Of a stretch of DNA of 64,000 nucleotides, positions 1-7,664 are shown one piece after another. The translations under genes were made by a program, and so were the position numbers. How positions within the stretch are numbered: the first letter of the stretch is position 1; every line of letters begins with the position of its first letter. The notes under the pieces are model-generated. The model saw only the letters and a program-made list of their open reading frames with translations, was not told the origin of the DNA and did not search any database. The stretch comes from Planctomycetota bacterium (GTDB lineage: Bacteria > Planctomycetota > UBA1135 > UBA2386), in contig OZ245006.1 in NCBI GenBank assembly GCA_965223545.1, forward strand, positions 3,904,001-3,968,000, given 5' to 3'.

Positions 1-1332
1 CTCGGCGACACGGCACCGCGCGCCCAGCTGCAAGCCCAGCTGACCGAGGCCGAGCGGGAAGCCGCCACGGCCGAGGCCGCCCACTCCCAGTTGGCGACTG
101 CCGACCAACGCTTGGCCGACGCCGAGCGCGCCGTGCAAACGGCCGAGCGCACCCTGAAGGACGCTGCCGCCGCCCACGCCGACGCCGAGCGCCGGCTCGC
201 GGAACAGCACGCCGTGGTGCGCCAAGCCGCCGCCGACATTCCCGCCGAGCTGCGCGACCCGGACGCCCTACGGCGCGAGCTGGAGCAGACCCGCCGGCAG
301 AGCGACGCCCTCGACCGCGCCCTGCACGAAGCGCGGGAGCAGCTGGCCAACGCACGGGCTCGCAGCGAGACCGCCGAGCGCGTGGCCGCCGCTCTGCACG
401 AGGCGCGGGGCGAGGCGATCGCCCGCGCCGACGCCGCAGCGGCGACCTTGCGCCAGCGCGCCACGGCGGCCGGCTTCGCCGCCGCCGAAGAGTGCCGCAG
501 CGCGCTGATCCAACCACACGAACTCGAGGACCGCCGCAACCGCGTGCAGGAGTTCGACGCCCAGCTGCGCGCCGCGGCGACGAGGATCGAACGCGCCGAG
601 CGCGACACGGCGGAAGTCGGCACCCTCGTCCTTGCCCCAGAGCCGCTCGAGGCCCGGTTGGCAACCACCCGTCGCCGGCTCGAGCAACTGGACGCGCGGC
701 GCGGCGCGCTGGGCGAACGCCTGGCGCAGCTGCGCGCTTGGCGCACCGAGCTCGACGCCGGCGCCGAGCAGCTCGTGCAGCTCGAGCGCGAGTTCGCCAT
801 CCACGGCCGTCTCGCCGAGGTCGCCAGCGGACAGAACGCCGAGGGCGTGACCTTCCAACGCTTCGTGCTGGCCGCCCTGCTGGAAGAAGTCCTGGCCGAG
901 GCGTCGACTCGTTTGCGCCGCATGAGTCAAGGGCGCTACACCCTGCACCGCGCCACGCGGCGCGCCGACCTTCGCGTCTCGGGCGGGCTCGACCTCGAGG
1001 TCAGTGATGCGCACACCGGCACTTCGCGCAGCGTCAGCACGCTGTCGGGCGGTGAGAGCTTTCTCGCCTCCCTCGCCCTGGCCCTGGGTCTGTCGGACGT
1101 CGTGCAGGCCTACGCCGGTGGGATCCAGCTGGAGACCGTGTTCGTCGACGAAGGCTTCGGCAGCCTGGACGCCGAAGCCCTCGACCAGGCGTTCAACGCC
1201 CTGATCGAGTTGCGCGGCAATCACCGACTGATCGGCATCATCTCGCACGTCACCGAGTTGAACGAGCGCATCCGCGCGCGCCTCGAGGTGCACCCGAGTC
1301 GCGCCGGCAGCCGCGCCGCCTTTGCGCCGTGA
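1..1332 (+). CDS. sbcC: SbcC/Rad50-family exonuclease ATPase subunit, C-terminal part (5' end outside window)
   Basis: Frame open from base 1; long coiled coil followed by signature LSGGESF, Walker B/D-loop VFVDEGFGSLD and H-loop IISHV. Confidence 0.92.
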   Translation, partial: LGDTAPRAQLQAQLTEAEREAATAEAAHSQLATADQRLADAERAVQTAERTLKDAAAAHADAERRLAEQHAVVRQAAADIPAELRDPDALRRELEQTRRQSDALDRALHEAREQLANARARSETAERVAAALHEARGEAIARADAAAATLRQRATAAGFAAAEECRSALIQPHELEDRRNRVQEFDAQLRAAATRIERAERDTAEVGTLVLAPEPLEARLATTRRRLEQLDARRGALGERLAQLRAWRTELDAGAEQLVQLEREFAIHGRLAEVASGQNAEGVTFQRFVLAALLEEVLAEASTRLRRMSQGRYTLHRATRRADLRVSGGLDLEVSDAHTGTSRSVSTLSGGESFLASLALALGLSDVVQAYAGGIQLETVFVDEGFGSLDAEALDQAFNALIELRGNHRLIGIISHVTELNERIRARLEVHPSRAGSRAAFAP

Positions 1333-1347
1333 GGGCCGCACGCGGCC

Positions 1348-2022
1348 TCAGCCGCCGGCCACCCCTCCGTCGAGCTCGGCCTTGAGGCGGTAGACCTCGT
1401 CCATCACCGCGCGCGCCTGTTGCGCGAGGGCGTCGTAGTTGGCCTCGTGCACTTCGATCGGAGGCAGCTGCATGGGCTCGCCGATTTGGATGCGCAGCTT
1501 GACTGGCCGGGGGAACCAGGCGCCGGGTGGCATGGCCCGCGCCGCCCCCGACACCGCGATGGGCACGACCGGCAGCCCCGCCACCTGAGCCAGGCGCACG
1601 AACCCGGTCCGCGGTCGGGCCGAGCCGTCGCCGGCGTGCTTGCGCGTGCCCTCTGGGGCGATGTAGACGCTGTCGCCGCGCCGCAGGATCGCCTCGGCGG
1701 TGTCGATCGCGCCGCGGTCGCCGTGACCCCGCGCCACCGGGATGCCACCCACGGCACGCAGCCACCGCCCCAGCACCGGAACCGCAAACAGCTCGGCCTT
1801 GCCGAGAAAGAACGCCGGCCGCTGCACCGCCCACGCCATGACCGGCAGGTCGAGGTTGGACGTGTGGTTGACGACCGCGATGAACGGTGCCGCGGGGTAG
1901 TTCTCGGCCCCGCGCACGCCGACGCGAAAGTAGGGCAAGGTGACGGCGCGCAGCAGCCAGAGCGAGGGCCAGAAGACCCAGCCCTTCACCCGAGGCCCGA
2001 CCGGCTCGTTGGCTGCGCGCAA
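1348..2022 (-). CDS. 1-acyl-sn-glycerol-3-phosphate acyltransferase (PlsC-like)
   Basis: NHTSNLD (HxxxxD) and APEGTR motifs; LPVVPIAV block. Confidence 0.9.
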   Translation of the reverse strand: MRAANEPVGPRVKGWVFWPSLWLLRAVTLPYFRVGVRGAENYPAAPFIAVVNHTSNLDLPVMAWAVQRPAFFLGKAELFAVPVLGRWLRAVGGIPVARGHGDRGAIDTAEAILRRGDSVYIAPEGTRKHAGDGSARPRTGFVRLAQVAGLPVVPIAVSGAARAMPPGAWFPRPVKLRIQIGEPMQLPPIEVHEANYDALAQQARAVMDEVYRLKAELDGGVAGG

Positions 2023-2088
2023 GCCGTCATCGTAGTCGGGCGCCCGCCGCGCACAACGAAACGCGTCGCGGCGGCGCCGCCGCGTGCG

Positions 2089-2655
2089 TCAGCGCGCCGC
2101 GCGCAGGCGCACGACGGCGCCGTTCTCGTCGATCACGTAGGCGACCTCGTCGCCGACGTTGATTCCACCGATCGCGGCCTCTGCCTCGTCGACGCTGATC
2201 TCGCTCTCCGCAGTCACCGAGAGGTCATGCGCCTCACCGTCCACGTCGACCGTAATCACGCCGCCGGCAGCGTCGATCGCCGAGACCTTTCCAGCCCCCG
2301 CGTACTGGCCTGGAGTCAGAGTCACCTTCAAGTCCTCGTACGCGGACTTCGCCTTCTCCGACATCGTGGCGAGTGCCGACTTGGTCTTCTCGGACAGCGT
2401 GCCCCAAGCTTCCTTGGTCTTCGACGCCACGGCGCCGGCAGCTTCCTTGACCTTGTCGGCACCGGCCGCGGCGGCTTCCTTGACCTTCTGGGCTCCCGAG
2501 GCGACCGCTTCCTTCGCCTTGCCCATGTCCTCTTGAATCTTCTCCTGGTTGACGTCGAAGCCGCTCTCCTTCGAGTAGGAGAACCAACCCTGCGAGGCAC
2601 CGAGAGCAAGAACGATGATTGCGGCGACGACCGCGAAACCGATGAAACGCTTCAT
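2089..2655 (-). CDS. Exported hypothetical protein with Ala/Lys-rich KVKEAA repeats and a C-terminal beta domain
   Basis: N-terminal MKRF + hydrophobic stretch; repeated KAKEAVA/KVKEAAA; C-terminus resembles an OB-type fold (inference). Confidence 0.7.
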   Translation of the reverse strand: MKRFIGFAVVAAIIVLALGASQGWFSYSKESGFDVNQEKIQEDMGKAKEAVASGAQKVKEAAAAGADKVKEAAGAVASKTKEAWGTLSEKTKSALATMSEKAKSAYEDLKVTLTPGQYAGAGKVSAIDAAGGVITVDVDGEAHDLSVTAESEISVDEAEAAIGGINVGDEVAYVIDENGAVVRLRAAR

Positions 2656-2863
2656 GTGAATCTCGTTGACAGTTCAGGCACGCACGGGGGATTCCCCGAA
2701 CAGAGCGTGCGCTCGAGCAACGCAGAAGCATACGCCGGCGCCGCAGCCGATTCGTTCCGAGAAACCCGGAACCGGGTCCTCGCAAACCCCTAAACGGGGG
2801 CGTCACTCCCGTCACGAGCGGGGAGCGCGCCCATCGGGGCCCCGTGGCAACGGGGCCACCCGA

Positions 2864-3622
2864 TCACGCCAGGGGCGCGACGCGATCCGCCAACAGCCTG
2901 GTGATGGCGTCGGCTTCGTGCACGATCTTGCCGTCGATCCAAAGGCCGGGAGCCTGGTCGTTGCCCGCCCGTCCGCGCAGCTCCGCTGCCGCCGCGGTGT
3001 CGTCGGAGACGTTGCAGACCTTCAAGCCCTGCACCCCGAGGTTGTCGGCAGCGACGCGCACCCGGCGCGATGGACCGCACTTGGACTTCACGTAGAGGCA
3101 CGCATCCGCGGGCAGCGCGCCGCCGGACGCGAGGCCCTGCGCGGCGCCCTGCGCGGCTTGCACCTCGGTGCAGACCGACAGCAAGTCGTCGACAGAGCGG
3201 TGGCCCGCGGGCGTCACCGACTCCGAGTAGCGGATGATCCCCTTCTTGTCGATCACGACAGTGGCCCGATCGGTGATCCCGGCGTCGGCCAGGTAGTGGC
3301 CGAAGCCCTGCGCCATGGCCCCCTTGGGCTCGAAGTCGGCGAGCAGCGGGAACGACACGCCACCGAGGTCACGCCCCCAGTTGGCGTGGCAGTGAACGCT
3401 GTCGATCGAGACACCGAGGACGTGGGTGTCGAGGGCGCGGAAGCGGTCCAGTGCAGACTGCACTGCGGGGACTTCCTGGCTTCAAGTCGGCGTCCAGTCG
3501 AGCGGGTAGAAGAGGAGCAGCACGTTCGCCTTGTCGCGAAACTGGGCGAGAGTGACCGTGCGGCCGAACTGATCCTGCAGGCTGAAGTCCGGCGCCTGCG
3601 AGCCGGTCTGAGTCATGGACAT
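2864..3622 (-). CDS. Selenocysteine-containing peroxiredoxin (U47) fused to a C-terminal glutaredoxin-like domain
   Basis: ATG at 3622 with GGAG RBS reads MSMTQTGSQAPDFSLQDQFGRTVTLAQFRDKANVLLLFYPLDWTPT-TGA(3484-3482)-SQEVPAVQ, in frame with track ORF 2864..3463. The TGA occupies the Cys of the Prx PxxxTxxC motif. GVSIDS, FPLLADF and DRATVVID follow, then a KSKCGPS...PGLWIDG Grx-like tail. Confidence 0.9.
3439..3476 (-). promoter_or_regulatory. Bacterial SECIS-like hairpin of the peroxiredoxin
   Basis: mRNA +17..+33 after UGA: CAGUGCA-GUC-UGCACUG (7-bp perfect stem, 3465-3449), with a possible lower stem GGAAG/CUUCC. Confidence 0.8.
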
Positions 3623-3664
3623 GGTTTCTCCAGAGTACGGTGTGGGGTTGGGAGGATCGCGCCT

Positions 3665-4105
3665 TCAAGCCGCGAGGTAGGCGTTGAGCATCCAGACGGT
3701 CTGCTCTTGTTCGTCGGCGAAGCCCTCGAGCAAGTTCGTGGTCGCCGCGTCTTCGGCCTCGCCGGCCGCGGCTGCCGCCGCCCGCAGGGCGGCGTTCAAC
3801 GTGGTGTAGTCGTCGCGCAACCGGACCACCATGTCGTTGGCAGCCGGGCTGCCACCATCCTCGCTCAGGCGAGTCACGGCGAGCACGTCCTTCATCGTGT
3901 AGAGCGGCCTGCCGCCGAGCGCCGCGATGCGCTCGGCCAGTCCGTCGATCTTGAGCGCGGCATCGTCGTAGAGCTCTTCGAACTTGGCGTGCAGCGCGAA
4001 GAAGTTGGGGCCGGCAACGGTCCAGTGGTAGCCCCGCAGCTTGTGGTAGAGCACCTGGTAGTCGGCGAGCAAGGCGTTGAGTTGGGCAGCGGTCGAGTCG
4101 GTCAT
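3665..4105 (-). CDS. dps: Dps DNA-protecting mini-ferritin
   Basis: ATG at 4105 with GAGGA RBS; YHWTVAGPNFFALHAKFEELYD and DGLAERI ferroxidase motifs; 146 aa. Confidence 0.93.
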   Translation of the reverse strand: MTDSTAAQLNALLADYQVLYHKLRGYHWTVAGPNFFALHAKFEELYDDAALKIDGLAERIAALGGRPLYTMKDVLAVTRLSEDGGSPAANDMVVRLRDDYTTLNAALRAAAAAAGEAEDAATTNLLEGFADEQEQTVWMLNAYLAA

Positions 4106-4164
4106 TTGGAGTCCTCGGGAATCAGGATCGAGAGCAGGATCGAACCAAAGCAGGCCGGATTCCA

Positions 4165-4201
4165 ATTGATTACCTTTACCCCTCTCATAACTTGTCCTTA
4201 T
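4165..4201. promoter_or_regulatory. OxyR-type operator between divergent dps and oxyR
   Basis: ATTG-N7-TTAC-N7-ATAA-N7-TTAT, matching the spacing and 11/16 positions of the OxyR consensus ATAG-N7-CTAT-N7-ATAG-N7-CTAT; overlaps the oxyR ATG. Confidence 0.8.
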
Positions 4202-5099
4202 GAATGAGGCACGCCCCAGTGTGCGCCAGCTGGAGTACCTGGTGGCGCTGGCCGAGACCCTCAACTTCGGCCGCGCCGCCGAGCGCTGCTTGGTCAGCCA
4301 ACCCGCGCTGAGCACGCAGATCCGGACTCTGGAGCAGCTCTTGGGAGCACCGCTGTTCGAGCGCGACCGACGCCGGGTGCTACCCACCGCCACGGGCCTG
4401 CGCGCCGCTGGGCAAGCCCGCGACGTGCTGCAGCGCATCGACGCGCTGGTGGAAGGGGCGCGCCACAGCCACCCCCTGTCGGGCGAGCTGCGTCTCGGGG
4501 TGATTCCGACCATCGCGCCGTACGTGCTGCCCAGGGTGGTGCCACGACTGACGCGACGGTTTCCCGATCTGCGCCTACAGCTGCGCGAGGACGAGACCGC
4601 GCGACTGGTCGAGCAACTCGAGCGCGGCACCCTCGACCTCTTGCTGGTCGCGCTGGAAGCTCCGCTGGGGGCCAACCAAACGCTCGAACTGTACCGGGAC
4701 TCGTTCGTGCTGATCGCGCCGCAGGACCACCGGCTCGCGGTGCAACGGACCGTCCGCGAAACCGATCTGGCGGGTCGCGATCTGCTGCTGCTCGAAGAAG
4801 GACATTGACTGCGACAGCAAGCGCTGGCGGTCTGCCAGCGGAGCGGCGCCGCTGAAACCACGGGGCTGCGGGCCACGAGCCTGCACACCCTGGTGCGCAT
4901 GGTCGGCGCCGGTGCGGGTGCGACGCTGTTGCCACAGATGGCGATCGCCACCGAAGTGCGCCGCGCCGACCGCATCACCCTGCGCCGCTTCAAACGCGAT
5001 GGCCCTCACCGGACCATCGGACTGTGCTGGCGGCCGAACTCCGCCCGCGCCGACGGATTTCGCGAGCTGGCGTCGGTGTTTCGCGACGCCAGCAGCTGA
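4200..5099 (+). CDS. oxyR: OxyR H2O2-sensing LysR regulator with selenocysteine (U203) at the sensing-cysteine position
   Basis: LysR HTH (RQLEYLVALAETLNFGRAAERCLVSQPALSTQI), GVIPTIAPY, then LEEGH-TGA(4806-4808)-LRQQALAVC and RATSLHTLVRMVGAGAGATLLP in frame to stop 5099 (299 aa). Aligns with E. coli OxyR LEDGHC199LRDQAMGFC208 and RATSLETLRNMVAAGSGITLLP. Confidence 0.9.
4822..4840 (+). promoter_or_regulatory. Bacterial SECIS-like hairpin of oxyR
   Basis: +14..+32 after UGA: CGCUGGC-GGUCU-GCCAGCG, 7-bp perfect stem; the GGUCU apex is also present in the E. coli fdhF SECIS (GCAGGUCUGC). Confidence 0.8.
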
Positions 5100-5113
5100 G
5101 GCCAACGCGACGC

Positions 5114-7330
5114 TCAGGACTCGCGGCCGGGTTTCGCGCTTCCCGAAGCCTTCGCAGCCGGCGAGGCCTTCGCGCCCGGCGTAGCCTTCGCGCCCGGCGG
5201 CGCTTGCGCGGCGGGGGCCGCCGGGGCCGGCGGCGGCGCGCTCGACCCGGCCGGTTTGGATGCCCCCTTCTTCTCCGGCTCGGATCGAGGAATCTGAAAG
5301 CTGTTCTCCACCGGCTGGGTGAGCATGAACAGATCCATCTGCGAGTAGTGCGCCGTGAGGCGCTCGATCGCCCCACGCGCGGCGACCGCCTGCTCGCGCA
5401 CGGCGTCGAACGGCTCGAGCAGCCGGCGGCCGTTGGCCAGTTCCGCCGCGACGACCGTGGCCTCACGCTCGATCTTGTCGCGCTGCTGGCGCAGCGCCTG
5501 CCGCACCGCCGTCGCCACCCGCTCGGTGTAGCCCCGCGCAAACCCCGCGACGATGCGATCGGTGGTCTCCTTGAAGAACGAGCGCTCGTACTCCGCCAGG
5601 CGCCGCGCCATCGCCTGCCGCGCAGGTTGGCCGAGGAACGCCTCCTTCTGCGCCGCCGAAAGGCGTTGGCCCGGGGCCTCGGCAGGGCCGAACAGGCGCT
5701 TGCGCAGACCGTTCTTGCTGCGCAGCAGGAGGCGGTCGTGCACGCGTGGCCGCAGCTCGACGTGATCCGTGCGCAACGGCGTGGGTGGCACCGCGACCAA
5801 CGCCGCGCGATCGGCGCCGCGATGGGCCGCGCGCCCGATCTCCTCCGCGTCGATCCCACATTCGGCCATCGCCGTGCGGATCTCCTCGGGAATCGCGAAG
5901 CCGACTCCGTCGTGCACCAAGCGCTCGCTCACTTCTTTGCTGATCGCGTTGATCAGCTCCTCTTGGTGCGTGGTCAAGCGCGGCACGAGCTCGCCCTTGA
6001 CCAACTGCTGGAAGCTCGCATCGCCGGCGAACCAGCTGCGCATGGCCTCGTGCAACGCGCGCGACGACCGCTCACCGACGTGCTGCGCAACGTCGCGGCT
6101 GGCCTCGTTGAGCTGATCACTGAGCGAGGCGAGTTGATCTTCCCAGCCAAAACCCTCGAGCCGCTCGATGGCCGCGAGACCGCGCTTGTGATGCTCACGG
6201 CGCTCGACCAGGCGGTCGATGCGCTTGCGCAATCGATTGATCTGCCCGTGGCCGGTGACGTCGACCGACTCCGTCAACAGCGTGCGCGCACGGCGCAGGC
6301 TGTCGCCCAAGAAGGCGACCATGTAGTCGGTGCTGTTGAGGTACTTGGTGAGGTCGTCGAAGAAGCGATCGAAGCCTCGCCGAGCGCCAGCGCCATCGTC
6401 GACGTTGCGGATCCTGGCGCTCGCCGCGCGTAGCAGATCGACCGGATAGATCCGCAGCCGACCGCTCTCGGCGGCCTGCTTGAGCGGCGCGGTCATCGCC
6501 AGATTCTCGAAGGCCTGCACGACACGCGTCGGATCGCGCTGCTCGAGGCTGGGCACCAACCGGCCGTCGGAGCTCAGATCTTGCTTGGTCGAATCGATGT
6601 TGACCAACAGGAAGATGCGGCTGAACAGCTCGAGCAGATCGGTGAACTCGGCGAACACCTGCTCCAAGAACAGATTGTCGCTGCGCACGACGAACACCGC
6701 GCAGGCGGCGGCGTTGCGGAAGTCGCGCGTCATCCGGCTGTAGCCGAATTTCATTCGGCTGTAGAGGCCGGGAGTATCGACCAGGATCGCCCGCGACTCG
6801 CCCAACCCACCGGCCGGCAGCTTGATGTCGATCCGATCGATGGCGCTGTGCAGGTGTTGGCGCGGATCGAACGTCTGGCCGGTGGCCTCGATCTCGCGGA
6901 TGCGCGCCGCCAGCTCCTCGTGTGCGGTGCCGACGAACTCCTCGAGCTTCTCCGCCGACTCGAACCTCTCGACGCGCCCGTCGTAGCGGCGCGCTTCGTA
7001 GCTGCGCCGACTGGCGTGCTGCACGAACACCATGCACGGATAGGCAGGCAGACTGCTGACTTCGCTCACGTAGCCGGCGGCGATGGCGTTCATCAGCGTC
7101 GACTTGCCGCTCTTCAGCGGGCCGAAGATCAAAACGTAGGCCTGCTGGTCGCGGACCTTGTTGCTCAACAGCTCGACCTGGCGCCGCAGATCGACGAGCG
7201 GTGTCTGGAGCGCTGCGGCCACGTCGCGCGGCGCCGAGGCAATGACCTCGGCGGCACGCCCCAGCGGCGCCTGCAACGGCCGAATGGTCCGGACGAACTC
7301 CTCGCAAAAACGGCTGAGAACAGTCTGCAT
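5114..7330 (-). CDS. Dynamin-like GTPase with helical C-terminus and low-complexity tail
   Basis: P-loop GPLKSGKST, ILVDTPG (G3), long helical region; tail with PGAKA-type repeats. Confidence 0.8.
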   Translation of the reverse strand: MQTVLSRFCEEFVRTIRPLQAPLGRAAEVIASAPRDVAAALQTPLVDLRRQVELLSNKVRDQQAYVLIFGPLKSGKSTLMNAIAAGYVSEVSSLPAYPCMVFVQHASRRSYEARRYDGRVERFESAEKLEEFVGTAHEELAARIREIEATGQTFDPRQHLHSAIDRIDIKLPAGGLGESRAILVDTPGLYSRMKFGYSRMTRDFRNAAACAVFVVRSDNLFLEQVFAEFTDLLELFSRIFLLVNIDSTKQDLSSDGRLVPSLEQRDPTRVVQAFENLAMTAPLKQAAESGRLRIYPVDLLRAASARIRNVDDGAGARRGFDRFFDDLTKYLNSTDYMVAFLGDSLRRARTLLTESVDVTGHGQINRLRKRIDRLVERREHHKRGLAAIERLEGFGWEDQLASLSDQLNEASRDVAQHVGERSSRALHEAMRSWFAGDASFQQLVKGELVPRLTTHQEELINAISKEVSERLVHDGVGFAIPEEIRTAMAECGIDAEEIGRAAHRGADRAALVAVPPTPLRTDHVELRPRVHDRLLLRSKNGLRKRLFGPAEAPGQRLSAAQKEAFLGQPARQAMARRLAEYERSFFKETTDRIVAGFARGYTERVATAVRQALRQQRDKIEREATVVAAELANGRRLLEPFDAVREQAVAARGAIERLTAHYSQMDLFMLTQPVENSFQIPRSEPEKKGASKPAGSSAPPPAPAAPAAQAPPGAKATPGAKASPAAKASGSAKPGRES

Positions 7331-7471
7331 CGAGTGCGGTGCGTCGGTGTGAAGACAGGGCGAACCGGCCAGCTTATCGAGGCACAGATGGGTTTAACCC
7401 CGTCCGATCAACGGGTGGTCGTGGGGGTTGGCTGCGCTGCGCGCGGTTGCCGCCGCGGCGCTCTGCAGACG

Positions 7472-7575
7472 CTTTCCACACTGTGGACAACGCCCCTGTG
7501 TCGGGCGTCGCGTTGCCCATTCTCCCCCGGCGACTTAGGCCCGCGTGGCGCGGGCTGCGACACGCTTTGTCCACA
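7472..7575. promoter_or_regulatory. Cluster of DnaA-box-like 9-mers upstream of the dynamin-like gene
   Basis: CTTTCCACA (7472-7480), TGTGGACAA (7482-7490, reverse TTGTCCACA), TTGTCCACA (7567-7575) versus consensus TTATCCACA. Confidence 0.45.
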
Positions 7576-7664
7576 GAGTTTCCAGCCAACTCTTTACCGT
7601 GCGGTCCGGCCTGGCGCGCCGGGCGGCACACGCGGAGCCGGCCGACTTTTTTTGGCTCCCACCT

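Noticed and set aside
3665..4993. 442-aa ORF from the track
   Set aside because: Only the last 146 codons (dps, ATG 4105 with RBS) are real; the rest is antisense to oxyR.
2864..5099. oxyR and prx as nonsense-mutated pseudogenes
   Set aside because: Both stops are TGA, both at the catalytic Cys, both followed by the same hairpin motif, and there is no other decay.
7331..7664. Chromosomal origin oriC
   Set aside because: Only about three boxes, no AT-rich unwinding region and no dnaA/dnaN nearby; kept only as a possible DnaA site.
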